The notes under the pieces: model-generated
Told to the model about the DNA's origin: nothing
Databases searched by the model: none
Seen by the model: only the letters and a program-made list of their open reading frames with translations
Part shown: positions 1-13,988 of the stretch, piece after piece
Numbering within the stretch: position 1 is the stretch's first letter
Layout: every line of letters begins with the position of its first letter
Source of the DNA: Antedon mediterranea
Lineage: Eukaryota; Animalia; Echinodermata
Reading direction: 5' to 3'
Assembly (NCBI RefSeq): GCF_964355755.1
Contig: NC_092676.1
Coordinates: 2,733,788-2,797,787 of the forward strand
Length of the DNA stretch: 64,000 nucleotides
Program-made: the position numbers and the translations under genes

Positions 1-2984
1 GTGCCATGCCTGAGATAAAAATGTAAAAGGTTCAAGTCTGTGAAATAATCCAAGTGTTTACAATTTTACCCTGTTTGTATGATGTATCCAATTAACAGTC
101 CAAAGTTTTAATACACGTTTTAAATACCACTAATAAATCTCCTTATATCTGTCTGTCGAAATTTATAAATAAATCTCCGCAAATTTGCAATGTTTTTTGT
201 AAATTCTAACCTAAATATATCAAAGTAAATTACTAAAAATGGTCATTTTCAGAAACTATTGCCTTGCCTTTAATATAGTGATAACAACTTGTATTAAAAT
301 AAATCTAGTGAACCTGGTATTTAGTGGACATGTACGACATTGAATTGTCAAATCAGTTTGTCCTCCGCCATCTTAACGATCCCATTTATTAAACAAGTAT
401 TGTGTAATGAGGTACAACCATTCTAACTTTTTATATATAAATGATGATTTAAAAGTGACAATGTTATGCAATTATAAACAGATGAGACATGGCTTGTGAC
501 ATTGTTTTTGAATATTGTATCCAAAACGTGATAACGCTATAGGCTCAAGGTTCTTCGTTTATTGCGCAATTTACTTTAATAATATTATTTAGACTCGTAA
601 CCAGTCTAACGAACATGTCGCAAAGGTTGGCATTATTATATGCGAAGTGTTTTGAGTTAGACTGCTGTGATTATGAAAATGATCATAGTTATGCAAATGA
701 TCCTGGTTATGCAAATGATCTAGATTATGCAAATTACCTTGATTATTATGTGATTATGGTTGTGAGTCGTTAATCTGATAGCAGTCTTATCAATTGTAGA
801 TGATTTGAAAGGAGATATTGAAAGACATGACCTATGACATCTAGAAATGACCTATGCCATCTAAATATGACCTGTGACATGTAGATGCATCAGGTCCAAC
901 AAAATAAATTACAAACTTTTTTGTGTGTTTTATACATAAATTTTAATTATATATTAATTCCAATGAATTTTAATTTTTGACTAATTTAATAGAAAACATA
1001 TAACTGATATCTTTTGCTAATTTCAGGATTTATTAATAGGTACATATTACATTTTTTAGACAAGCATTATATTTTCTATAATTTGCTATTTTATTCAGTT
1101 AAATTTATATATTAATTTTAAAAACTAACATATATAATTTACTTATATACAATAATGATTATATTCGAATTGAGATGTATCTCAACATGTATAGAAGATT
1201 AAAGTATGTTCGCCTTAGAGTTACAAAGATAGCATTTTTATACTGTTGCCCGATCGGCATATTTAAAGTCTTAGTTGAGAGTGAGTATGTCCCGTTATGT
1301 AACAATTAGCGATGAATTAAGTATGTATCCATATATTATATATAATTTAGTTATACCTTAATTATATTTCATTTATTTTTATAGAAAATAAAATTTTGGC
1401 TACTAAGTGTTAGTAAACCTAAAACGTCTGGGTAGCCAATCAGGTGGTGTTTTAATCATGACACTAAGATCTGTGATAATGATCTTAATGATTTAGTGAT
1501 TTAGAGAATGATTACTTACAATGACTCCCATCATTTTAATCTTGTAAAAACTATCAGACATGATAACAGTATAATTATATAAAAAAAATCTTATACTACC
1601 GTGTATATATTTATAATATGTTATTATATACTGTCAAGTCTTCGATAACTGGAGACGTAAACTGGACACTCTTGCTCACCAACAGCCTCCAGTCTAAAAA
1701 AAAAATCTGGGTTTTTACGAATCAGAACAAATTTTGATTAAAAGAAAATTCTAGCATGAGAGATGACGTCCTGTTTTCGGAGAACTGACTTTACACAATA
1801 ATATAATTGTAAATTTGAACATTTATTAATTAATTTGTTTATAAGATACACATTTTGGGTTTTTTTGTTGTAAAAAGTATAATTTTCTACCTCTAAAATT
1901 TAAGATGAACTACAATTTGCTGCTCTCTTGACAAAAGTCTGATTTAAAACAAGATGGGATTGTTAATTGAGTTAATTTAATTGTTTAATTTAATTTGAAT
2001 AAGTGAATTAATGTAATTATAACTGATTATACTGCGTAGGTATTTCAGTACGACGATGGCAACATAAATGAATATCATTGATGATTTACACAAACTAGCT
2101 ATATCATTAAAACCAATAAATATTTTCTAATAATGAGATTGATGTACAGAAAGGGTAGAATTTGTGGATTAAATTTATTCAAACTATGATTTTATTTTAC
2201 AAACAGACTTCAAAAGATTTGTTTGAGTTTAAAAGGAATTTTTTATTCATCATTATGTTGCTTAATTTAATCGAATTACTTGCATGCTAACTGAAACCTC
2301 TGAGAGGTTTAACTTTTAAGTTTGTTTAAATAGATATGAATCAACTGATTTGTACTAATAACAATTGAATTAATCTCATAGTCTTATCTACTCTAGCTTG
2401 TACACGTGTGTGTTGTAACAAATAACAAAACATGTTTGTGATTTCTGTGTCTAGTAAAAAATGTTGAACCGGGGAAATTGGCGAAACTGATTGGTATGAG
2501 AAAATATATGTAATATATTTGGTATATAAGATGAGAAATATATTGATGGATGATTGAAATCAGTTTCGCAAAATGTATATGAAGGATGTATCTTAGGAAA
2601 GTGTCAATGTTTAGGAAAGATTTTCAACTTTGTCGTTGTTTTGTGTATTGTGAAATCTTTAAAAAATGCTGTAAAACATGTGTGTTATAATATAAACTCA
2701 TTGATTCAAATCTTTAATAAATATTCTAGCATAAGACAATTATTGTTATTTGAAAGAAGAAAAAAAAAGTTTGCGGGATTTAATCTTTTTTATATTTAAT
2801 AGGATATACATAATACCTAATAGGTTTAATACTAGAAATTGCCTATAATGGTAACCTTATAGTTGCTCTGTACGCCAGAATTGAATGCAAAGATTAACAT
2901 CTTTTTAGTTTTAGACGTAACCATGGTAACCATGGTATTAGTGGTACTGGTAAAACTACCTGAAAAGGAATTTACTAGTTTATG

Positions 2985-3475
2985 CCTCAAAGTAATTAAT
3001 GTAAGATCATGATTGTACCCATTAAACCATGGTTGTATATATAACACCACGGTTGTACCTTTAACACCATTGATTGTACCCATAATGTCATGGCTGTACC
3101 CTTCAAATCATGGTTGTGTATTTCAAACCAGATTGGAACAATAACACCATCAATTGTACCTGTAGCACCATGGTTGTATATGTAACACCATGGTTGTACT
3201 TTCAACACCATTAACTGTACCCATAGTGTCCTGGTTGTTTATGTAAAACACATTGTTGTATTCTTCACACCATGATGGTTATACCTTTAACACCATGGTT
3301 GCATATGTAACACCATGGTTGCACATGTAACACCATGGTTGCACATGTAACACCATGATTGCATATGTAACACCATGGTTGCACATGTAACACCATGGTT
3401 GCATATGTAACACCATGGTTGCACATGTAACACCATGGTAGTTGTACCATTAAACCACAGTGATACACCATGATT
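2985..3475. repeat. 20-bp minisatellite AACACCATGGTTGCACATGT with a degenerate left half
   Basis: Near-perfect units at 3290-3440; diverged units to the left. Confidence 0.9.
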
Positions 3476-4477
3476 ATAGCTTTTGAAAACTAAAGTATGG
3501 ACAATTCTAGCAAGCTTTGTCTAACTTATATAATGTCATTCTATGCACATGCTAGCTAGAGTCTCTCAATCCTAGCCTTCTGTACTACTGTATAATATAT
3601 ACTACATTAAAAAAAAATAGCAAAAATAACCTTTGTATGTAAGTGGCTATACAACTCATTCCTAATATTATAATAATGTTTTTAAACTCTAAAATGGGAG
3701 AAATTTAAAGTTATGTATTCTCTAGTGATAATGTAGACCACGTATTGGTGCAAGGATTTTCAACTATTATTGTATTATTTCTTTTTATATATAAAATCTC
3801 GGTATTGTATTTTTTACCTGTTTCGTCATCATCACGTGACGATCCACCTGTATTCATATGTAAATATACAAAACGTATATAGTCTATAGTATGTATATAA
3901 TTATATATACATGTATGTATTAGGAATAGATATTATATGATTATATAATATACATTTATATAATTATATAGTATATATTATACATATTATATTAATTTTT
4001 CTATTTGTTGATTATCCCAATTTAGCAATTATATTCTTTCTGTTATTAATATATGAGCCTTGACAGTCGATATTAGAAAATGTTGACTAACTAGTTTGTA
4101 ACTAGAAGTTACTGGACGGGTATTTATGCAAATTAGGGTGCGTACTATATTTAAGTTGATCATTGGGTTCTGTTTCGGATACAGACTTGTCATTTAAAAG
4201 CATGTGTGTGCGCGTGTGTGTAATATAGTGGTTTAAAAAAAGTATAATAAAATTGCTGCTGATCAGCCTCCATATAGACAGCGCCCTCAATCTGCATACA
4301 GCAATGTCGTCTTCATTATATTTTGTACATATACATGTATATCATATCCCGTAGTTTACTGTGTATAGTTGTGTAAAATAAATGTATTATTATGGAGTTT
4401 ATTTCAACTATTGTTTTTGTTTATTAATCTTTTTTCATATCACAAAATATTAACATGTCATTTACTACAGTCCATTA

Positions 4478-5285
4478 CATTTTGACGTTTCGACATACTT
4501 TTACGTTTGACGTAAGACGGTTGAGTAGAGAACCGCGAACCGCGACGTTTGGACATACTTTTACGTTTGACGTAAGACGGTTCGGTAGAGAACCGCGAAC
4601 CGCGACGTTTGGACATACTTTTACGTTTGACGTAAGACGGTTGAGTAGAGAACCGCGACGCTTCGACGTACTTTTACGTTTGACGGTTGAGTAGAGAACC
4701 GCGACGTTTGGACATACTTTTACGTTTGCCGTAAGACGGTTGCGTAGAAACGGCGACGTTGGACGTACTTTTACGTTTGACGTAAGACGGTTAAATAGAA
4801 AACCGCGACATTTCGACATACTTTTACGTTTGACGTAAGACGGTTGAGTAGAGAACCACGACGTTTAAACATACGTTTATGTTTGCCAGACGGTTGAGTA
4901 GAGAACAGCGAAGTTTCGACATACTTTTACGTTCGACGTTAAGATGGACATACTTTTACGTTTTCCGTAAGACGGTTGAGTAGAGAACCGAGACGTTTCG
5001 ACATACTTGTACGTTTACCGTAAGACGGTTGAGTAGAAAACCGCGACTTTCGACATACTTTTACGTTTTTCGTAAGACGGTTGAGTAGAAAACCGGGACT
5101 TTCGACATACTTTTACGTTTGTCGTAAGACGGTTGAGTAGAGAACCGCGACGTTTCGACATACTTTTACGTTTGCCGTAAGACGATTGAGTAGAGAACCG
5201 CGACGTTTCGACATACTTTTACGTTTGCCGTAAGACGGTTGAGTAGAGAACCGCGACGTTTCGACATACTTTTACGTTTGACCGC
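4478..5285. repeat. ~53-60-bp CpG-rich minisatellite
   Basis: About 15 units of CGACATACTTTTACGTTTGCCGTAAGACGGTTGAGTAGAGAACCGCGACGTTT. Confidence 0.92.
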
Positions 5286-6990
5286 GCGACGTCATCTGGA
5301 CATTCTTGTATTTAATTGTTCTGCTATTTACATAAACTAAAAACAAACGGTTTATCAGTATTGTTTTTCTTTCAAATACGTTGAATGCAGCAGTTTAGTC
5401 TTACCCATGTACGTTAACTGTAACGGTAAGTAACTGTAACTATTAGCCTTAGAAGGAAGATAGGCATAACACTTTGTTTAGGCATGATATCAATCAGTTT
5501 CGTTTTGCTGAAAAGCTGTAAGTATTAATGTACCATATTCCCTTCTTATTCCAAAGGGGGCCTAGCAATGTAGATCATGGGGCGTCATGATACGCCCATC
5601 GCTGCCCAAAGCAGGAAACACAAACAGTAGGACAGTTCTAAATCAGACAACAAATAATACTAATAACTACAGCCAACTTTTCAAATTTGTTTCTGCTGTT
5701 TTAAATTATTGATTCCTTTTTTTGGCGACAATAATCGTGAAATTGGGACGGAAATGCGTTTCGTAATCAAACCCACAGTTTTAAATGACGCTTTATTTGT
5801 TTGTAACAACACGTGTAGGACGTGGGTACACGTATACCACACATTTCTACTATTAAATTGCGGATGGTTTACCTTGAACCGAATGTCTGCGTGTTTTCAT
5901 GTAACTCTTGCGTGACGTCCAGTCTCGTCCGCCGTCGTGTCACACGTTCCAAATACGCAATACTATCTATCCCTTTATAGCGTTAAACACTAAACAATTT
6001 TAATGGAAAGGTAACGACCATATTAAAGGCCCGTTTACACTAGGACGATAACGATCGACGATAAATAGATAAATACACATTTTTTATACATAGTAATAAT
6101 AGATAATTGTCTTCCTATAAACTTGGTTTATTTATCTTTTCACAATAGAGTATATTTTTTAAAAAAAACGACATTTCATTAATTTGACTATTTTTTTGCT
6201 TTAAATTTTAGTTTTTTAAAGTAAATGTATATTTTTTTCGATCCAATTTTTGGCAAAAGTGACTAACTATTATGTGGCATTAAAATGACATATTCAACAA
6301 CAACAAAAAATATTTTTTCAGGGGGACAATATATCTTTAAGGTACACCATTCTAAATATTATATTTTGTGTTTTAACATCATCACATCCTTATGAAAACT
6401 GTAAAGAGATTTTAATAATACGTTTTTTGACACGTCGCGTGTCAGTGCCTTCGTGATGACATGTTGTCATGTTATATGATCCATGTTCTCACCTAATTCA
6501 ACATTTTATTGATTTAGGCTTTACTTTTGAATTCGTTTTGTAAAAATAACTTTAGAAAACGAACATGGCTTCATTTTTATGTAATATAGAGAAATGTATT
6601 AAGATCGTGTCAGATTCAGTGCGCAAACTGACACTAAGTAGAAGGCCTATTTACACGTTTTGCCAAAGTCAGGGCCATACATCAATATTAATATACGGAC
6701 GGGTACTGTTGTATTTAACAAAAATACAAATATCATATTTCTTCATATCTTGCATTAGCAGCACGCTTAGGCCTATATTATCATTCGGATCATCAGTAAT
6801 AATGTAAGGGCCCTGCAAAAGCTTGGGTTCCGACTTGAACGCAACATAAGGACGTAAGCGCAACGCAAGTAATGTGACCAATTACAATACGAAGGATCAT
6901 CTGAACTGTCGGTTATGATTGGTCAACTAGCTCGTTTGCGTTGCGTCTAAAAGTGAAGACCAGACAGATTAACTGCAAAACCCCGCGTTA

Positions 6991-7143
6991 AGCTTGGTTT
7001 CCACTAGAGACGCAACGCAAAGCAGATGCAACGCAAGAAAGTTGACCAATCACACGTGACACGAATAATACATCGCTTGAGATTGATCAAATCACTTTAC
7101 GTTGCGTTACGTCCTTGCGTTGCGTCCTAGTGGGAACCAAGCT
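6991..7143. mobile_element. MITE family A (AGCTTGGTTCCCACTAG TIR), Harbinger/PIF-like
   Basis: Inverted termini, TTA on both flanks; degenerate neighbour at ~6820-6960. Confidence 0.8.
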
Positions 7144-8765
7144 TTATGTATGCACTCCTACACTGGAATACTTTCTGCGGGTAGCGACTTATTGTGGGCG
7201 TGACCGTTAAAAGATTAATATAACTTTAATTGCGCGCGTGTATGAACGCGCTAAATATTATTACTTTTTTTCATTTTTAATCATTTATAAATATGGAATT
7301 ATATTCCATATACTTAAACTTATTAAGTAAGTGTCTTGTACGCTCTGACGTCATCATTTAACTATTATTCTGTTCTAATTCCATAATTCATATTAAAATA
7401 ATGTTTAACTAAATGAGATTGAGAGCCGATGTTATACTCCCTTTGCTTATTGGCAAAACTAAAAACAAACACGTTTTATGAATTAAGAAACCTGATCGAA
7501 GTTAAACAAGGCTGTTAGGAGTTAAAGTGACTTTCCGATCCAGTCTATATGACAGCAGACTACTGCATAGTTTCTCGTTCTCAATTCCTCTTAAATTCAA
7601 TCATTTTTAATTAAAGTTGAAAGATAGACTTATTTCAACTAAACAGAAGCTAGTCTGCCGTATACAATTGTGAATAATTGTCGCTTTTCATTCGCAGAAA
7701 TTCCTTTCACTTTCGTACTCTAGGATCTGATGAATACCAGTGCGTGTTTTTAATGTAGGCCCGTGTCTATGCAGTCCTAGAATCGCAGAATCTCCTTCGA
7801 AAGCGAAATTTATTTTTTGAATTATTACTAACGAATGAAAAAAAAAATACACAGTAGTGGGGTAATTCTGTACCGTGGCACCGAACAATTATTAAGTTTA
7901 CATCCCTCTAAAGACATTTAACTCGCTCTTCACTCCAACTTTATTCAATCTGTCGTTGGTTGAAGTTCCTATCAGTAAACCCAGCTGTATGTTTAAGCCG
8001 AAGTCATTCGCAACGCATTTTTTTGTTGATAGTCTGCTGCGATTGGCCAGCAGACGATAGAAAGTTGTCACGTGCTTGGTTCAAGGTTAGATCAACTTGT
8101 GAATGGACAATCCGCTGGGACACGCGTGCGTTCCGGGATACTTATTATAATATTATTACTTATTTAAATATTATAGTATAAATCACGATTCTAATTATAT
8201 CAAAATGCGAATACCGCAGTAATGCGAATACCGCAGTAGTAAAAATGGATCAATTGAAACTTTTTTTTTCTGTAAGAAATTTTAAACAAATGAATTTTAA
8301 AGATAACTATCAGAAAGTTAGACCAGCCTGACGCCCATTTTAATCGGCTACTAATACTGCCTTAAGAGATACTTTTGTTTTCGTCCGGTACGAAAGGAAG
8401 ACAGCATGCTAGCTACTAATTGATAAACTTATTAATTTGAAATAAATATTTTTCGATTTGAATGTCTTTCTGTTAATCAAATCAATGTTCTGACTCAACT
8501 AAACTTTTTATGAAAGAGTTACGATAATGATTGATTTGAAGAAAAAAACTAAATTTGTTGATTTAATTTTTTTCTATGGTTAAAAAAAGGTTTTATGTTT
8601 AGGATTCAACAACCCTTTTTCTTGCCAACAAGTGAGTGACGGAGCGAGGTATAAACAAAGAACCATTTTTGTATTAACCCCAGGTTGCAATTCATCCTCT
8701 GTCACAGTACTTCTGCAAGTCACGGTTCACTGGGTCTCTTAAAAAACCAATCCATTTAGGATTAG

Positions 8766-9190
8766 GTGTTTATTTATTTATTTATTCTGGTTTATTAAAA
8801 ACAAAGACATGGCAGTACAAAACTGAATTGCGTCCAGTAACATAAACATTCAATATAAAAATATATATATATATATATACAAAATGCATTAAAAAAAAAA
8901 AAAGAATATACAATTACAAACTTACAAAGATATATATCAAAAACGAGCAAAATTACACAACCATCTAATATAAAAATATATATATACACATAAATTCATA
9001 AAAAAAAAAAATAAAGAATATACAATTACAAATTTAAAAACTGCGAGTAAAATTATTAATTATCCGTAGGCCTATCAAAATTAAGAATTTCATATATATA
9101 TATCATTGCACTATAAGGTCATTGTTAATCAGGAATGGGAGTGTGGATTTCTTAAATCTTTCTGTTCTACATTTAATTTGGGATATTTTG
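8766..9190 (-). mobile_element. Extreme 3' end of a CR1/L2-group LINE
   Basis: Minus strand reads QIKCRTERFKKSTLPFLINNDL*, then a T-rich UTR and (AATA)n tail. Confidence 0.5.
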
Positions 9191-11139
9191 TTTACATAGG
9201 CCTAGATGAACCAAACCCTCTCTCAATATGAAATGTTAAAAAAATGTAAAAATTCCCTCTCTCAATATTTAGACACCATATACATATTTAAAAAAAATAA
9301 AAATGTTTTACCGGAACTACCGAATCTATCCAAATTACCGATTTGCGGTACTTCAAAATTGTCTACTGACACCAATTAGGCGCTGAATTCTGAACTGAAG
9401 CGCGCGCTCGCGCACATAAAGTATACGCACTTATACGTCACTTTAAATAAAATGTGGCTGTGAGTTTATATGATTTACTTATCATTTTTTAAGTTTCAAA
9501 AGAGAGATTGTCCCAGATATAAAAGATTGAACTTATTTGGCTTAATAGTTCTTAATTTTCCCGAAAACATTTTAGTGTCATTGAACACAAATAGTGATAT
9601 AAATTTCACTTGATAATTGTGAGACATTTTAACATTAACCGAATAAGCCAATACTACAATTTGATGTGAAATATGGCTTTGTTAATTAAAATATTTCTTA
9701 GGAATGTTTTAATGTGTATTTGTGGTGGTTGCATAGCTTAATGTTTCCCATAGTTTCCACAAAAATTACATTTGAAACACGCCGTCTTACGAGGAGGAAA
9801 GGCGCGTGTGCGTAAACTTTATGATGTCACTCTGATGTGTGTTCTGTGTGTGATAATAGATTGACTGTGCTTTGTAGTTTATGACGTCATTGCAATTTAA
9901 AGCATTATATACTTTTATGACATCATTGTAATTTAAAGTTTTTGTACTTTTATGACGTCATTATCATCAGATGACAGCGCGTACCGTGTACACGTGCCCT
10001 TCTCTCTGTACATCATGGACGTAACAACCCGAACACTCCCCAATATTATTTTAACGTTTCACGTTTCGTTTTTATTACAATACGTTTTATAGGCCTACAT
10101 TAAGTTGTCTTTGGTTTTTTACACTGAGACAACGCAAAGTTTAAATTAATTAAATTTATGTTAGGCCTTCAAAATATGATAAACTCAATGTATAAACTTA
10201 TAATTCTGCATTGTATGATATGTCTACATCTTTAATTTGACCTAGTAAAATCAAAGATAAGTTAAATAAAATTATAAAAACGGATTACAAATTTCGTTTA
10301 AAAACACGTTTTGATCAGTTTATATCGCTTTTTGAATGATAACGTCCCAATGTGGGCCTTCAGATTCCAGAACAATTTCCTTGGAGCTGAAGTGGGAAAA
10401 CGAAGTCAAATCATCGACTCACTGGCGTCTGTTCGGGAAATCCAATTTTCGTGAAGAAAAACATAATTGTAGATTTTTAATTTCAGTTTTGATATTTTAA
10501 AACATGACGTCGATTACGGCTGTTTTTTGTAATTGGACACGTGGTTGTGTGGTTCAGATTTGCTTGGCTTATTGTTTTCCGTTCGAAGGCGTAACGCGTT
10601 CTGATTGGATGAAAGCCAGTGTGGAATTAGTTGGAAACAAGTTTTATGAATTACGATTGAAAAGTTTCTTGTCCTCGTCTTTGTCAAAAGCTGTGCTTTG
10701 TATGAAATGCTCAATTTGCACTTGTTTTGTTCAAATTATGACAACTGTTACCCAACATTTGTTGTTTAAAATAAACGTCTGCATATAATAATTGTTTTCC
10801 GGTTAAAAATCATAAAATAGGAGGCCTAAGCTTACAAAACATTTCATTGTAAAAAATTGTCCGACAATACTAATTAAATTTCAAGTTAGTTTTGCATAAA
10901 AGTACGGATTAAATATCTAAATTTAAAAAAGATGATTTGTTGCTGACGAAAGAAAAAAAACAGGTGGTGGCAGCAGACATGGTTCTCTCGTTATCACATT
11001 GTACGATCTGATCTTTGGAGGAGAATGTTGTCACATCACTGATTTTAATAACTCTTGAAAACTAAATTATATCGTAAATATTATATATAAAAGAATGAGC
11101 AATCATCCGAGCACCCCTTCCCCACTCATTCCAATAAAA

Positions 11140-11408
11140 ACTGTATTGTCCCCCAAAAACATGAAAAATGAAGATTAATAAAATCAGACTTTAAAGAGGC
11201 CATTTTGTAGTTTTAATAAAGTTATTCACTTCTTCAAAAACAATATTGATAATTTAAGTATTTTTGACTTTAAATAAATTTTTTTTCAGGTAAATAATTT
11301 TTTTTCGAAACAGTTTTTGGTCAAAGTGAATAACTATTACGTGACATTGAAATAGCAAATTAAAAAAATTAGAAGAAAAAAAATGTTTTAGGGAGACAAT
11401 ATATCTTA
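11140..11408. mobile_element. MITE family C copy
   Basis: TGTATTGTCCCC...GAGACAATATATCT; internal similarity to 18675-18929 and 62880-63180. Confidence 0.75.
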
Positions 11409-11917
11409 AAGAAAGTGTTTAATTGTTTGTTTATCAGGGAATGATTTTAGGTGGGTCCATGAACAAAAAATTAAAAGAAAGAAACCTCTCTGCATTGGTG
11501 GACACCACATATGATTTTATTTATTAAGACATTAAATATTTGTATTCATGATATTCACACACAAAAATTTCACATTAATTTAGTCATTATATTACAATAA
11601 TATTGTTGATAATGCGCGGAACAACTTCCAAAAAATGAAAGATATTGTAAAAAACACGGTTTGTTTTTACAATTGTCCGGTTCCGTGTTTGTTAATCAAC
11701 AGATACTTATAATATAATAATTCTTCAAATATATAATTCTATTTTCCTTCAACTAATAATAAATTACCTATTAGTTTACCTGTCATTAATTAAACAAATT
11801 GTATTGTCTATCTATGATGTTACCAAGAACAATGCTGGTATATGCCATAAAACAAAAGACACTGTACTCAACTCCGGAGGATGACGTAACTTGTTCTGGA
11901 TGAGTGCATTTTAGAAA

Positions 11918-11971
11918 ATGGCGTGTTCAACAACCATGTTACGATCTGTTTCTGCTCAACTTTTTAGACAG
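11918..11971 (+). CDS. BCAT: Branched-chain amino acid aminotransferase, exon 1 (mitochondrial presequence start)
   Basis: AAAATGG start context; MACSTTMLRSVSAQLFRQ is S/T/R-rich with no acidic residues; CAG|GTAAC donor; 54 nt, phase 0, in frame with exon 2. Confidence 0.75.
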
Positions 11972-12967
11972 GTAACATATCTCAAGCTAAATATATTTTG
12001 ACATTTTTCATCTTAAATTGTAGCCGCTCAAATGGTGTTGTCAATAGATGTGATGTAAATGTAATATAATTAAATCATTGATGGGCATATCGTGCTTAGG
12101 CCTAGGCCCATATCTTGTGTGATGAGTTGACAGCAAACAGTCCTGCTCCGTGTGTGTATGATGTGGTGGCGGGAAGGAAGGAAGGAGAGTCCGTCTGGGG
12201 AATCTTTCATTGTTTTTCATTTTTATGAATTGAATATAAACTGTATCTAGACTATAGCGCTTGATAAATATTGGGTAGTTGAATTATAGTTTCTTTTACT
12301 GGCATTTTCTTTTTATTTTACTGTTTTTTTTGCTAACGTTTTGTTTACCACCACCACCACCACCACTCTATCTATAGCCTAGCTACTACTAACTAGCCCT
12401 AGGCTACTAGGCCTACCACTTACATTTATCTGTTTTGTTTGTATATATTATGGTTTTATGACATCTGGCACTGATTTAAAGGTGTATAAGTGTCAATAAA
12501 TGAATGTAGACCTACTTTACTTACTATAAAAAACATAAACAATATACATTACACATTATTGTTATGAAAATAATATTTATCATGACCAATAGGGACTATA
12601 TAAACATATATTTTTAATTACGTTTTATGTAAATTTAAACAAAAAGAGGATGTTTGAATAGATTGATAGGAAACCAAACATTTGAATTGATAATAAGCAT
12701 TGGATACAGATTGGATTGTTTGTTTTGGTAGACCACAAAATGATAAGGGACACACCTCCAATATAAAGCATGTGATTGGATGAGATAAAAGGTGTGTGTG
12801 TTTACATACTAAACAATGTAGTATACTACACCATTCATCCATATGTGTACATTTTGTCTGCATGTTTTAAACTTCGTTTCTTACATTTTTAATATGACTT
12901 TTCTGATAAAATATTCCCAAATATGGCATTAATGATAAATTATTACTGTCACATATGTTGTGTTAGT

Positions 12968-13437
12968 AGAGAGGTTTCGCAATCTTACGAATACGAAAAC
13001 GGATACGTCACGCACACGTATACGTTTTTGTAAGCCAGTAAAAATCTGTTTAGCATTGCAACGAAATATTAAGGGCGTCGTCCAAAATAACGGTAAATTT
13101 GAGCGAAGCGCATGTACGTGTTGCTTGGTGGTTGGCTGCCTAGGCCTAGTGTAACATCAAAGCGAGTGAGGATTTTAAAAACTGCCATTTATCAAAATTG
13201 GCCTGGCATTCAATAAATATATAATTATATTATAATCCTGAATCATTCCTGATTCAAATGCAAAATGTGCAAAATAGATCAAAAACTATACTCGTTTTGT
13301 AGTTACGAATATGACTGGTGATATTCGTCAACACAAATATGCGTTACGAATATAAAATGGGGATCAGCTCAAAAGTTTCACAAATGTGTGACGTATCCGT
13401 TTTCGTTATCCTATTCGTAAGGTTGCGAAACCTCCCT
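12968..13437. mobile_element. Non-autonomous DNA transposon with ~40-bp imperfect TIRs
   Basis: AGAGAGGTTTCGCAATCTTACGAATA...TATTCGTAAGGTTGCGAAACCTCCCT; flanks AGT and AAT. Confidence 0.8.
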
Positions 13438-13639
13438 AATATGCTAATTATATTTGTTTTATTTGCTAATTATGCAAACTATGTTACCCTCGGTTAATTA
13501 ATAAAACAGTTGAATTAAAAGAACCATGTTGACGAGTCTGTCACACTTGTAATATGGTGTCAGAATAGTTGAAAGAACTGTACATACAATGGTTGAACAG
13601 TATATTGTTGCCGAAGGTGTAAGTGATCCTAATGACTTA

Positions 13640-13850
13640 TACATTGACACTTTAACTGTTGAAGATAAAAATGAGTAACTTTTATATTGATACTCTAAAA
13701 GATAACAGTAATAAGAACGCTTGGTTCTATGATGTGTTTGTGGGAGGTAATGTGTTAAAGATGAAGCTTGACACTGGAGCATGTGTACTGTTAACTGCAT
13801 ACGACTGGAAACATTTAGACAGTTACCAGGACATGAGAACATTAAAGTAA
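13640..13850 (+). mobile_element. Gypsy-type LTR retrotransposon aspartic protease remnant
   Basis: FYIDTL...AWFYDVFVGGNVLKMKLDTGA with retropepsin DTG motif; truncated. Confidence 0.6.
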
Positions 13851-13916
13851 ATATGGCATTAACAACCTGACCCTAAGCTGTAGTTCTTTGATCCTGATTC
13901 ATTGTTTAATTTACAG

Positions 13917-13988
13917 AAAACATCATGCAGATGGTCCAAGTTTCTAAGTGGCCACCAACGGATGACATCCAGTGTTGCATCATTCAAG
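13917..13988 (+). CDS. BCAT: BCAT exon 2
   Basis: ttacag| KTSCRWSKFLSGHQRMTSSVASFK |gtatc; 72 nt; the SFK|AADLQ junction parallels mammalian BCAT2. Confidence 0.85.

Noticed and set aside
4478-5285. CRISPR-like appearance of this and other arrays (15320, 25478, 42186)
   Set aside because: No unique spacers, no cas genes, eukaryotic spliced-gene context.
5407-5425. ATG followed by GTAAGT donor as an alternative coding first exon of BCAT
   Set aside because: 19 nt (phase 1) is out of frame with phase-0 exons 2 and 3.
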